A stretch of DNA of 64,000 nt from a virus: IMG/VR virus record IMGVR_UViG_3300042934_000426, positions 40,951 to 104,950 of that record. One strand, 5' to 3'. Every line of letters begins with the position of its first letter. Position 1 is the stretch's first letter. The notes below the pieces were generated by a model, which saw only the letters and a program-made list of their open reading frames with translations, had not been told where the DNA came from and did no database searches. A program made the translations under genes and the position numbers. Positions 9,535 to 18,164 of this stretch are shown piece by piece.

Positions 9535-10185
9535 CTATTCAGCTTCTACTACGCCTACGTTTTCAAATTCTACACGGCTATAACGAATTTTCTTGTCGTT
9601 ACGGTTTTCCTGACGGCTGATTGTCATTTTCGTATAGATTTGGTTGATGGCGAAGCCCGCTTTGGCTTGTGCTTTTACGTAGTCGATAAAGTTCATAGCG
9701 GAAGCGGTCGGAAGCGTCATGATGTACTCAGTCGGCTCACCTTCTTCGCCTTCTTCGAACCAGCGAATTTCGAATTTCAATTTATATCGGTCGTCTAATT
9801 TCGTGTCGCTATTGTTGTACTTATTGTTGTCTTCGTCAAACCATTGATAGAAGCGTTTTCCGAAGCTTACAACCATTATAATCTCCGTAGCTGTTTCATT
9901 GCTTGCTTTGTAAAGGAAGTTTGTTCCGTCGATGGATACGTAATTACCGCCACCTGTGATATCGTCGATATTATCCAGGATTCCAGCGTTCATAACCGCC
10001 ATTTGATTCGGGTTGTTGTTTACGGCTGGTGTTGCAGATTGGTTACGTGGTGCTGGTGTTTGGTTTGTCATGTGATTACCCCCGTTTTGAACTGTTTGCT
10101 GATTTGCATGTTGGTCTACGTTACCCGCTGGTACTGAGGTTGTTTGGGCTTTTGGTGCTCCCCCACGATTTGCTCTTAATGCCAT
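9535..10185 (-). CDS. Hypothetical replication protein, possibly ssDNA-binding
   Basis: Start reassigned to MALRANRGG (SD AAGGTGGA). Disordered N-terminus followed by a beta-rich domain; lies upstream of the primase-helicase. Function is inferred only. Confidence 0.55.
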   Translation of the reverse strand: MALRANRGGAPKAQTTSVPAGNVDQHANQQTVQNGGNHMTNQTPAPRNQSATPAVNNNPNQMAVMNAGILDNIDDITGGGNYVSIDGTNFLYKASNETATEIIMVVSFGKRFYQWFDEDNNKYNNSDTKLDDRYKLKFEIRWFEEGEEGEPTEYIMTLPTASAMNFIDYVKAQAKAGFAINQIYTKMTISRQENRNDKKIRYSRVEFENVGVVEAE

Positions 10186-10248
10186 AATGTTTTCCACCTT
10201 TCTGTCAGCTATCGGCTGAACACTGTAATATGATTTGCGGTAGCCTTC

Positions 10249-10450
10249 GATTTGGTCTACCAAAAGTGATTCGAAGACGCTCGGCACAGTTCCACGTTTA
10301 GCTCACTCATTTCGTCAATCCCGCTTAGTGTCTATGCAAGTATCTATTGCGGGAGAAAGTGAGCGTGTACTGTCTTGCCTTTACGAATTTCCTACCCCTA
10401 GGTCGTTCGTTTGCGTGGGGTACTTCGAATCAGCTTTTGCTAGACCGAAG
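10249..10450 (-). ncRNA. Candidate structured RNA, unit 2
   Basis: Ends pair over ~26 bp (CUUCGGUCUAGCAAAAGCUGAUUCGAAG with CUUCGAAUCACUUUUGGUAGACCAAA). Internal long hairpin (GCUCACU/AGUGAGC, UCCCGC/GCGGGA) and a UACCCC/GGGGUA hairpin. Confidence 0.6.
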
Positions 10451-10499
10451 GGAGCGTCGGTGTAAATCCACCGATACTTTGTTGGTTTGACCCCGCCTA

Positions 10500-10663
10500 T
10501 TTCGGTCTACCGAAAAGGGTTCATTACCTGGACTGATTACCAGCTTTGGTGGGATTTACGGTGTTTACCGTTCAGCCGTACTTTCGCCCGCTTAAAAGGG
10601 GTACTATTCAGCCATACTAAGAATTGACCTAACCCGTTATGAACGCCTTTCGCTAGACCGAAG
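10500..10663 (-). ncRNA. Candidate structured RNA, unit 1
   Basis: Ends pair (CUUCGGUCUAGCGAAAGGCGUUCAU with AUGAACCCUUUUCGGUAGACCGAA); the closing helix matches that of unit 2. Confidence 0.6.
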
Positions 10664-10667
10664 CGTG

Positions 10668-10946
10668 TTAAGCTTCAAGTCCCTGGCTCTTTAAGAAGTT
10701 AGCCAGCCCGCTTTGCGGGAAACGACGTACTTTATGTTTTCCTTCAGGATTAATCACCGTATAGGGAATGTTGAAGTCTTCTAGCACCCGATAAAAGGTG
10801 TTTCGGCTTTGGCAAGGGAAGCCCTTGCTACTAAGGTAATCCATGGCTTGTTGCATTGTCAACATTTTATCGTCTACTAGGATTGCTTTTGCTTGCTTTG
10901 CTTTCGCCACTTGCCTTCCGCTCCTTTCTTGTTTGAAGTTGTTCAC
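10668..10946 (-). CDS. Excisionase/MerR-like HTH DNA-binding protein (likely true start GTG at 10910)
   Basis: MLTMQQAMDYL...SRNTFYR...RRF...L..FL HTH_17-like pattern; AGGAG SD precedes the internal GTG. Confidence 0.7.
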   Translation of the reverse strand: MNNFKQERSGRQVAKAKQAKAILVDDKMLTMQQAMDYLSSKGFPCQSRNTFYRVLEDFNIPYTVINPEGKHKVRRFPQSGLANFLKSQGLEA

Positions 10947-10969
10947 CGTTGTTTAACTTTATATTTCTC

Positions 10970-10998
10970 ATTATAGAGGTGTCCTATACGTTTGTCAA
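10970..10998 (-). promoter_or_regulatory. Perfect-consensus sigmaA promoter
   Basis: TTGACA-aacgtataggacacctc (17 nt)-TATAAT; TTGTTCAAAGTTG lies immediately upstream of the -35. Confidence 0.9.
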
Positions 10999-11144
10999 CA
11001 ACTTTGAACAAAATTATTTTATCGGTTTAGAGAATGTTTTATGACACGAATAGCAAACGTAATCTATTTCTGTATCACCTGGAAAAATAACCAAAAAGTC
11101 TGTGTCTGTACTTCCACAGTTAGGGCAACCTACTTTATTAGCTG

Positions 11145-11441
11145 TCACCATTGACCCCTTCCTTCGACGTATGTTTTATGCTTCAGGTCTTCGACTTGTG
11201 TAGCTGTATGAATCGTCTTCGAGCGGGCGTAGAAGGGATAGAAGCCCTTCCCCTCTCGTATACGCTCATTTAACGAATCCTTCGCTTGCTCGGTCATATC
11301 GTTCCAATCGTCGGATTCCCACACTTCCACCATGACTTCGACTTGCATAATCACCACAGCTTTTTTACCCGTACGGGCTGGGGCGACGACTTCCGAAGTG
11401 GGAAGGTCGCCCATATCCTTACGTTCGTTCATACTACCCAC
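11145..11441 (-). CDS. Hypothetical protein
   Basis: 98-aa ORF; the start may be the internal MNERK. Confidence 0.6.
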   Translation of the reverse strand: MGSMNERKDMGDLPTSEVVAPARTGKKAVVIMQVEVMVEVWESDDWNDMTEQAKDSLNERIREGKGFYPFYARSKTIHTATQVEDLKHKTYVEGRGQW

Positions 11442-11469
11442 CCCTTCAGGTTTTTCTCGATTGACGGCA

Positions 11470-11670
11470 CTAACTCAATGCTAAAATTACATCATCATAT
11501 ATCAGTTTTAATTCCTCAATTGTTATTCCATCTTTTTCATACTCCTTGAATGATTGAACTAATTCAATAGCAATATCGTCTGTTATTTCTCCACTTTTAA
11601 TTCTCATATCAAGAATTCCCACTTTTGTTTCAAGGTCGTTTTTTAATTGTTCAATTTCTATTTTGTTCAA
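11470..11670 (-). CDS. Hypothetical protein in an AT-rich patch
   Basis: 66 aa, TTG start with AAGGAAG SD. Confidence 0.5.
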   Translation of the reverse strand: MNKIEIEQLKNDLETKVGILDMRIKSGEITDDIAIELVQSFKEYEKDGITIEELKLIYDDVILALS

Positions 11671-11726
11671 ATTAATCTTCCTTTCTGTTTTTTAGTGCGT
11701 AATTTGGTTTCATTACCTACTAGACC

Positions 11727-13520
11727 CTATATCAGGTCTAGTAAGTCTTGTGGTGAGCTGAAGAGCTTCTTCATCACTACCTCGTCTTCGTCTACGATGG
11801 CTTTGAAGAGCTCCCGCTTGTTCTCTAGGATTTCGAGCTTCTTCTCTTCGTAGCTTCCTTCGGTAATCATGTTAATAGCGGTGACGGCTGACTTCACCCC
11901 GTTACGGTGGGCACGGGCATAAATTTGTTCCATCTTTTGCGGGTTGAATAGCTGGTCATAGCATATCACATATGACCCCATAGAAAGGTCTAGCCCGTAG
12001 TTACCAGCGGTGGTCATCAGCACACATTGAATGTCCCCGTTTTGGAATTCATTCTGAATCCGTCCTGTTTCGGTCGCTTTCAGTCCACCTTTGATGTAGC
12101 CAATTTGCTCCTTCCGAAGTCCTAACTTTTCATTGCTGGTTAGCCATGTGTAAAGTATGTCTGTCATTTCCTTGTATTGGCTGAACAGGATAAACTTGTG
12201 GCGGTGTGGGTCAAGGTCAACAATAATATCGCCTAGGGCGTTCATTTTTCCGCTTTCTTCAGGTAAGTTCGAATTTTCCATCACCTTCCGAAGTAGGGCT
12301 GGTGAATCGCATACTTGCTGAAGGCGGGTAATTTGCGCTAGTGCTTCCAGGTAGGAAAACTCGCTTCCTTGCTCTTTCGCGATTTCTAGGATTCCGTCTT
12401 TTACTTGCTTATACAGTCGTTGTTGTTCCTTCGTCATTTTAACCGAATAGTTAACCACGGATAGTGGTGGTAGGTCAGGTAGTGCGTCCGCTTTCGACTT
12501 CCGAAGCATGATAGGTTCTAGGCGCTTCGTCAGCTCACTAATCATTTGGGGCTTTGGTGCAACAGGTTTTCCAAAGAAGTCCATTTCTACATAGCGGTCT
12601 AGGAACTTGTAGTAAGTACCTAAGATACCAGGTCGGCAAAAATCGGTTAGTGTCCATAGTTCTTGAATGTTATTTTCAAGCGGTGTTCCTGTTCCCAGGA
12701 TTTTACGACCCGCTGGTTTCAGCTTCTTAATCAAGTTCTTCGTCGTTTGTGCCTTCGGGTTCTTAATACGATGGGCTTCGTCTAGGATAACCAACCAGCG
12801 TCCATCTACAGGTGGGATAATGTCCATATCCCGAAGGAAGAGCTCATAGTTCATAATCGTCACATCAGCCCCATATTCGTATTGCTGATATTGCACTTCA
12901 CGAAGCTTTGCACCTGTCAGCTTCTCCTTCGTACCGTCTTCCCATTCGACCGTTTCCCGCTTGTCACCGTCAATCACGACATATTCCAGCGACGTCCATT
13001 TTTTGACTTCCTTTTCCCAGGTGGAATACTTCAAAGGTGACGGGCATACCACCAATAGATAATCGACTAATCCTTTGTTCTTCCAATCGACGAAGCTCGC
13101 TAGCCCCGTGAGTGATTTTCCTAATCCCATATCGAAGGCTAGGATAGCACCCTCTCCGTCTTCGAGCGTATCCAGGAACGCCTTCCCTACCGCCTGGTAC
13201 GGGTAAAGCTCTCCTTTTAATCCTTTGATTTTTCCGCTTACTTTCTTTTCGTCAATGCTTTTCACGGCTACCGCTTTTTGCTGACGGTCTTTTAAGTCCT
13301 TGAATACTTGCTTGACAGCTGGTGCAATTTCTAACGAAGGCATAATACGCAAAGCGTCTTCGGTTGATTCTAATGGGATTTCCCAGCGTTTCGCTGAACG
13401 CTCCCAGGCTGACCCAGGGATTGCACGAATCAAGTCTTTATAGCTGAATGTCTTTCCAGCGAAATAAAGTGTTTTGCTACTGCCTTCTGATAACTGTAAA
13501 CTGATTGTCATATGTGACAC
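11727..13520 (-). CDS. SNF2-family helicase/translocase
   Basis: LYPYQ, DMGLGKS, LDEAHRIKN, TGTPLENN, ILFSQY, GLDL and QIYARAHRNG motifs; HARP-like N-terminus. Confidence 0.92.
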   Translation of the reverse strand: MSHMTISLQLSEGSSKTLYFAGKTFSYKDLIRAIPGSAWERSAKRWEIPLESTEDALRIMPSLEIAPAVKQVFKDLKDRQQKAVAVKSIDEKKVSGKIKGLKGELYPYQAVGKAFLDTLEDGEGAILAFDMGLGKSLTGLASFVDWKNKGLVDYLLVVCPSPLKYSTWEKEVKKWTSLEYVVIDGDKRETVEWEDGTKEKLTGAKLREVQYQQYEYGADVTIMNYELFLRDMDIIPPVDGRWLVILDEAHRIKNPKAQTTKNLIKKLKPAGRKILGTGTPLENNIQELWTLTDFCRPGILGTYYKFLDRYVEMDFFGKPVAPKPQMISELTKRLEPIMLRKSKADALPDLPPLSVVNYSVKMTKEQQRLYKQVKDGILEIAKEQGSEFSYLEALAQITRLQQVCDSPALLRKVMENSNLPEESGKMNALGDIIVDLDPHRHKFILFSQYKEMTDILYTWLTSNEKLGLRKEQIGYIKGGLKATETGRIQNEFQNGDIQCVLMTTAGNYGLDLSMGSYVICYDQLFNPQKMEQIYARAHRNGVKSAVTAINMITEGSYEEKKLEILENKRELFKAIVDEDEVVMKKLFSSPQDLLDLI

Positions 13521-13534
13521 GCTCCTTTTGTTTT

Positions 13535-13588
13535 GGGGGTTCTATCCCCTCATGATTAACATACATACGCTTTTATTCTTTCTCTACG
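13535..13588 (-). promoter_or_regulatory. Phage-type promoter plus 5' hairpin (copy 1)
   Basis: CGTAGAGAAAGAATAAAAGCGTATGTATGTTAATCATGAGGGG...CCCC; conserved at four loci. Confidence 0.7.
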
Positions 13589-13809
13589 CTGGAATAATCC
13601 TTCTCTACGATACCCTTCAGGTATTGGTAATAGAAGTTTTTCCAGCCACCACGCTTCGGATAAGTAAGCACCGTTATATTGCCCTTCCGAACCACGACTT
13701 CCTTTAGTACGGGTTCGGTTCGTATATCGAAGCCAGCGGTTATTAATACCCGAACACATTCCATTTTGTAGTCGTACCACGTCCAACTAGGCTTCGGCTC
13801 CTTAATCAT
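13573..13809 (-). CDS. Hypothetical protein
   Basis: 78 aa, overlapping the upstream stop. Confidence 0.55.
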   Translation of the reverse strand: MIKEPKPSWTWYDYKMECVRVLITAGFDIRTEPVLKEVVVRKGNITVLTYPKRGGWKNFYYQYLKGIVEKDYSSVEKE

Positions 13810-14323
13810 ACTGATTCACCAGGCTTCGGAAGACTACTAGGTGCTTTTTATACCGTTCTAATCGCTCTTCTAGGTCTACTTTCTTTTTATTCAATCGATT
13901 GTAATATCCTGGTGGTACAGGTGATGGTCTAAAGGTAGTCAAGTTACGTTCTGTATATTGAATGGATTCTTTACACGCTTCAATTTTGCTTTCTAGGTTA
14001 CGAATTGCCCATTGTATTGCTTCCTTTTGTTCCCCGTCCAGTCCATAGTTTATCATGCTTCCCAGCTCCTTTTTGCCTTCTTCCGAAGGTTCTTCAATGG
14101 TAATGACTAAAGCATAATCGAAGTCAGGCTTCAATTCGATTTTCTTACCTGTGTCGATAACGTGTAAAAACTTCTTGCCGTCTTCTTTGACGATTTCACC
14201 GTCCCATACGCCATTATCCACACTAAACTTCGTTCCGACGGAAAGCATATACATATCAGTGGTTGTGCCAAAATAACGCCCGTTACTATCGGGTAATTTA
14301 TATATAAATTTGCTTCTGTCCAT
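13802..14323 (-). CDS. Hypothetical protein with coiled-coil C-terminus
   Basis: 173 aa; AGGAGCTGG SD. Confidence 0.7.
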   Translation of the reverse strand: MDRSKFIYKLPDSNGRYFGTTTDMYMLSVGTKFSVDNGVWDGEIVKEDGKKFLHVIDTGKKIELKPDFDYALVITIEEPSEEGKKELGSMINYGLDGEQKEAIQWAIRNLESKIEACKESIQYTERNLTTFRPSPVPPGYYNRLNKKKVDLEERLERYKKHLVVFRSLVNQYD

Positions 14324-14344
14324 TTCGCCAGCTCCTTTTCACTT

Positions 14345-14373
14345 AGTATACCACAACTTTGACTAAATATGAA
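14345..14373 (-). promoter_or_regulatory. sigmaA-like promoter TTCATA-N17-TATACT with extended TG
   Basis: Spacer contains TTAGTCAAAGTTG, a variant of the shared 13-mer. Confidence 0.55.
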
Positions 14374-14401
14374 CAACTTCGTTCAAGTAAAAAGCTGGGT
14401 A

Positions 14402-14674
14402 TTAACCCAGCCCGCCTTCGCCATTATAAGGGTTTTCGTCTGTACTTAATGGATTATAGGGCAAGACCTCACACCGCCATACATACGTACGGCTGATAAA
14501 GCTCATTCCTTGTGACGGTACGACTTCGAAGTCATCATTCTCTTCTAGTACGTGGGTCAGTACAAAGCTCGTTGCCGTTTCCTGGGTCAATACCCCTACA
14601 ATATGTGTCGGCATAAGCGACCCTTCGGTCTGTGGTACTAAGTGCAATCGCACCCATGTTTCAGGTTGGTTCAT
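14402..14674 (-). CDS. Hypothetical protein
   Basis: 90 aa; AGGAGCTG SD. Confidence 0.65.
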   Translation of the reverse strand: MNQPETWVRLHLVPQTEGSLMPTHIVGVLTQETATSFVLTHVLEENDDFEVVPSQGMSFISRTYVWRCEVLPYNPLSTDENPYNGEGGLG

Positions 14675-14915
14675 TATTTTCAGCTCCTTCGATTATTTTC
14701 GGTGACCGTCCTGTTAAGGTCAGCACCCATTCCAGGAAGTCAGGGTCACCAGGAACTAGGTCAAACCGTTCCTGTACCTTTTTCATTTCCTTTGTGTAGG
14801 TTTCACGGTCGATTTCACATAGCTCTAGTTGGCTCGGTATTTCTCCGAATAACTCCATCATAAAGACTTCGAAGGCAACTGTCACTCTACTTTTTTCCTC
14901 TGTCATAGTCTTCAT
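14661..14915 (-). CDS. Hypothetical protein
   Basis: 84 aa, coupled to both neighbours. Confidence 0.6.
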   Translation of the reverse strand: MKTMTEEKSRVTVAFEVFMMELFGEIPSQLELCEIDRETYTKEMKKVQERFDLVPGDPDFLEWVLTLTGRSPKIIEGAENNEPT

Positions 14916-15628
14916 TCCTTCCCGAATATACCGTTATCAACGGCAATGTAAAAATCCTTCGTACTCATAGAACATCCACAGCATTTACGATAACCCGTCC
15001 AGGCATGGTAGTGAAAAGGTTGCCAGTCTACGCAATACCCACAATAAAGGGCTTCTTTATTGCTTGGTTTTGCTTCCACTAGGTTCCGAAGTTTAGCTTC
15101 GTCTAGGCGCATTTGAAGCTTCTTCGGTAGAACGCTAGGCTTTAGTAAGGTGATGAATCGGTCTTCGGAAGCCCCTTTATTCAGGCGCTTGAAAAGGTCT
15201 TGCTTCGCCTTGTATGACAGCTCCCTCATTTGGAATACGCTTACTTGCTCTTCATGCTTCACAGGTTCGTCGGGCGACGTCGTTCTTGTATGAGCTGGTC
15301 TAGGTTCGGCTGGTGGATTTGGGCGTTCGCTGGTAACAATAGGCTTCGAAGCTTCTGTGCTCTTTCTTGCTTCAGGCTTTTGCTTTGGTTCTTGTTTGAT
15401 AGCTTGCTTGACTTCTTCCTTCTTGCCATTTGCTTTCTTCCCTTCAGTGGTCTTCGGAAGCTTAACTGGCGGTGCTGGGCGTGCTGGTGTCTTTTTAGTT
15501 GCCACGGTAGCGGGTGTTGCGGTCTTCTTTGATTGCACTTCGGAAGTCTTCGTAGTAGTCGGTTGAGCTGGTGTAGCCGTAGTCCCAGGTACTCTTTTCT
15601 TCTTTGCGTTTTTCGTTGCGATTGTCAT
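14912..15628 (-). CDS. Lys/Pro/Thr-rich protein with C-terminal Zn finger
   Basis: Start reassigned to MTIATK (GGGGG SD); low-complexity N-terminus; YCGYC...CCGC motif. Confidence 0.65.
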   Translation of the reverse strand: MTIATKNAKKKRVPGTTATPAQPTTTKTSEVQSKKTATPATVATKKTPARPAPPVKLPKTTEGKKANGKKEEVKQAIKQEPKQKPEARKSTEASKPIVTSERPNPPAEPRPAHTRTTSPDEPVKHEEQVSVFQMRELSYKAKQDLFKRLNKGASEDRFITLLKPSVLPKKLQMRLDEAKLRNLVEAKPSNKEALYCGYCVDWQPFHYHAWTGYRKCCGCSMSTKDFYIAVDNGIFGKE

Positions 15629-15794
15629 TGTCATTTCCCCCATTACATGTAATCTGATAACTGTTATATGAATCTCGTATGTGTATAGCTGTGTGCTGGT
15701 TATGTGAAGGGCTTCGCTCGACAAAAGGAGCGAAGACCCATGACACACATTTCAAAAATATCCATCCTACGACTATCCAGAATAGGACTATCAT
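15495..15794 (-). CDS. Possible membrane protein overlapping the downstream gene
   Basis: N-terminal hydrophobic helix; start overlaps the upstream stop; ~130 nt overlap with the next gene. Confidence 0.4.
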   Translation of the reverse strand: MIVLFWIVVGWIFLKCVSWVFAPFVERSPSHNQHTAIHIRDSYNSYQITCNGGNDNDNRNEKRKEEKSTWDYGYTSSTDYYEDFRSAIKEDRNTRYRGN

Positions 15795-16237
15795 AGTTTC
15801 AGCACGGCTTCCTTGAATTCCTTGATAGCCGTCTTAATTTCCCTTCGTTGGTTCTTCGTCGAAGCGGTATGGTCGTACTCGCTAACGATTTCTTGCTCTA
15901 CGTCTTCGTACATTTGCCACAGGTAAATAGCGGTACCTCGATAAAGAAAGACGAATACGTGGTCTTTGTAGACGATTCGGTGGTTACCTTTCGCATACTC
16001 TCCGTGTATCATAGCTTCGTGCATGTTTCTACTTTTCAGCTTCCGAAGACCGTCAATATAGACGCTCTTCGGAAATTGGTGGATAAAGCTGACCGCAAGT
16101 TTTCGAGCGGTATCAGGTTCTAACAGCTTCAAGAGGTCTTCCCTTTTTGCTCCATATATTTGAGATAAGTAAACCTGGTAACCACCAGGTTTACTTCGAT
16201 AACTATTCAACGGTAATAAGCTCCCCATCACGTACAT
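15791..16237 (-). CDS. Hypothetical protein
   Basis: 148-aa ORF. Confidence 0.65.
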   Translation of the reverse strand: MYVMGSLLPLNSYRSKPGGYQVYLSQIYGAKREDLLKLLEPDTARKLAVSFIHQFPKSVYIDGLRKLKSRNMHEAMIHGEYAKGNHRIVYKDHVFVFLYRGTAIYLWQMYEDVEQEIVSEYDHTASTKNQRREIKTAIKEFKEAVLKL

Positions 16238-17528
16238 ACACCCCTTTGTTAAAGTCGATTTGGTGACGCTTCGCCTGATAGGTAATCGTCGCTGGTGTCT
16301 TTCCGAAGTGCTCCGCTACCGCCTTCATGGAACCTAATTCCCGATAAAGCGTGATAATGTCTTCAGGGTTATCGTGGCTTCGAAGTCTTTGGTTCTTCAC
16401 TTCTACCGCTACGATTTTTGCCTTCGGCTTCTTTGGTGTTTTTGGTTCTTCCGTTTTCACTTTTTTCGTCCCCTTCGGCTTCTTTGGTGCTTTAGGCTTT
16501 TCTTCCGAAGCTTGCTTTTCTTGCTCTTGTTCGATTTCCTTTACTTCTTCATTGTTCACTTCGTCAGGCACGACTTCAGCGGTGTTATAGGCTATCCAAT
16601 GAGTATACCCCTCTTTGTAAGCGTTATGACCTTTTTGGTACGTCCCTTCTTGTGCTTCGGTGATAGGCTCAGTCGATGTCCCTTTATGCTCTTCGATAAA
16701 GAATTCCTTTTCGTCCTTGGACTTGAATTTTTCGAAGTAGCGATAAGAGGCGCGCATATTCTTTTCAATCGCGTCTTCTCCTGGCTTCTCGACGTGTGAC
16801 TGTGTTACCTGAATGACTTTCCCACCCTTCGGTACTTCAATATAAGGGGTATCACAAACCATACACACCGCATGAATCTGACGTGTGCACCATACCGTAA
16901 TACGGTGACCATTCGAAGCCACACAACGACAAATGAACTTACGGTTATAGCTTTGTGGTTCAGGCATTTTGGCTATATTCCCATAGCATTGAGCGCCTTT
17001 TGCGGGAATTCCTACAATTTGCGCGTAATCTTTGAAATCTTTGTTATGCCAATCTTTCGGGCGCTTCTTTTGGTTCTCTGTCGGTTCTTCACCAGGCTTC
17101 GCATATAACACTTCGTCTTGCCATTGGTGAATCATTTCGTGTCGAAGCGTTTCTAGGATTCGCTCTTCCGTATTTAATACGATGAAGTTTCGGTTAAAGC
17201 GAATATGACGCTCAATCCCCATATTATCGGTGCCTGGCGTGTAGTTGCCTAATGTCTTATTAGAAAGCTTATCAATGGTAATCAGAGGGTAAGATAATTG
17301 ACCCTTGAAGTATTCTCTATTGTAGTCTTCCCACTTCTTATAAAGAAGCCCTAAGAATTCATTTTCCTTCGTTAGAAGCCCCATTAGCGCCTTCTTTAGC
17401 GTTTCTTGGTCTACTTCGATAATCTCCTGTTCGTCAGGCTTTTGTAGGATGGTACCATCCCCTAAGTCCACTTCCACCATATCGACTACTTGTTCGACTT
17501 CTTTCTTTTTCCCTTTCGTTTTAGCCAT
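16203..17528 (-). CDS. SprT-like zinc metalloprotease with Zn ribbon and C-terminal HTH
   Basis: YNREYF.GQL, ETLRHEMIHQW, H..DF, CRC...CMVC motifs; C-terminal SMKAVAEHFGKTPATI HTH. Confidence 0.85.
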   Translation of the reverse strand: MAKTKGKKKEVEQVVDMVEVDLGDGTILQKPDEQEIIEVDQETLKKALMGLLTKENEFLGLLYKKWEDYNREYFKGQLSYPLITIDKLSNKTLGNYTPGTDNMGIERHIRFNRNFIVLNTEERILETLRHEMIHQWQDEVLYAKPGEEPTENQKKRPKDWHNKDFKDYAQIVGIPAKGAQCYGNIAKMPEPQSYNRKFICRCVASNGHRITVWCTRQIHAVCMVCDTPYIEVPKGGKVIQVTQSHVEKPGEDAIEKNMRASYRYFEKFKSKDEKEFFIEEHKGTSTEPITEAQEGTYQKGHNAYKEGYTHWIAYNTAEVVPDEVNNEEVKEIEQEQEKQASEEKPKAPKKPKGTKKVKTEEPKTPKKPKAKIVAVEVKNQRLRSHDNPEDIITLYRELGSMKAVAEHFGKTPATITYQAKRHQIDFNKGVYVRDGELITVE

Positions 17529-17605
17529 GTTCAGCCAGCTCCTTGTATTTTATTTTAGGGGGCTTTCGCCCCTTCTAAGTGTAGTATACGCTTCCGAAGT
17601 ATTTT

Positions 17606-17755
17606 TTATTCCTTCGTTGCATTTGCTTTAATGAAAGACATAGAACCTTGTACAACCAATAACGTAGGTAAATGTGACGTGCTACCCTTCGGTTCACGAA
17701 TAGCCGTTTCAAGTTCTTTTTCTAATTGTTTCCATGCCTTTTCGTAATCGACCAT
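17606..17755 (-). CDS. Hypothetical protein (49 aa)
   Basis: Manual translation MVDYEKAWKQLEKELE...; GGGGG SD; downstream of TTGTAA-N17-TATACT. Confidence 0.5.
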   Translation of the reverse strand: MVDYEKAWKQLEKELETAIREPKGSTSHLPTLLVVQGSMSFIKANATKE

Positions 17756-17854
17756 ATACCCCCACCCCCTCAACTCCGTTTTTGGTTCTAAAATTAGTAT
17801 ACAACAATGAACAACAATTTACAAGCGTAAACATTTACCACCTCCTTTTCAGGC

Positions 17855-18048
17855 AAAAAATTTTGGGAAATCGCCTATTACGTATCAACTCGTACGTAAT
17901 ACTCAATGACACACGCTATAGTGTCTATCTGAAAAATTTTTTATTTTTCTCTCCGCTGATAAAAAATAAAAAAATAAATTTTTGAAAATCAAAACCCTTG
18001 TGACACCACTACTACGTACCAACTCGTACGTAATAGAAGGTTTCCCAT
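17855..18048. repeat. ~190-bp intergenic element A: two 26-bp dyads flanking an A/T-tract core
   Basis: TATTACGTA-TCAACTCG-TACGTAATA at 17876-17901 and TACTACGTA-CCAACTCG-TACGTAATA at 18010-18035; inverted homologue at 48233-48426. Confidence 0.9.
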
Positions 18049-18164
18049 TTCATTTTTGACTTATTAGGTGTTTTTTCTCTTATTTTGTGAATGTTTTCAC
18101 TTAACAAATAAGGAAATTTTAGGCTATTATTTTCCTAAAATTCCCATCATATACCCCCTAGGGA

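Noticed and set aside
10186-10287. N-terminal 34 codons of the 250-aa ORF
   Set aside because: They overlap the structured RNA; a good SD supports the start at 10185
10360-10400. Possible c-di-GMP-I riboswitch (UAAAGGCAA)
   Set aside because: The GNRA-capped stem and the downstream GACGCAAAGC-type motif are not in the required arrangement
10570-10615. Possible hammerhead ribozyme (CUGA...GAAA) in RNA unit 1
   Set aside because: CUGAAUA does not fit the CUGANGA core and the three-stem geometry could not be built
17855-18048. CRISPR array
   Set aside because: Only two repeats per locus, 134 bp apart, with a conserved rather than variable intervening sequence; no cas genes
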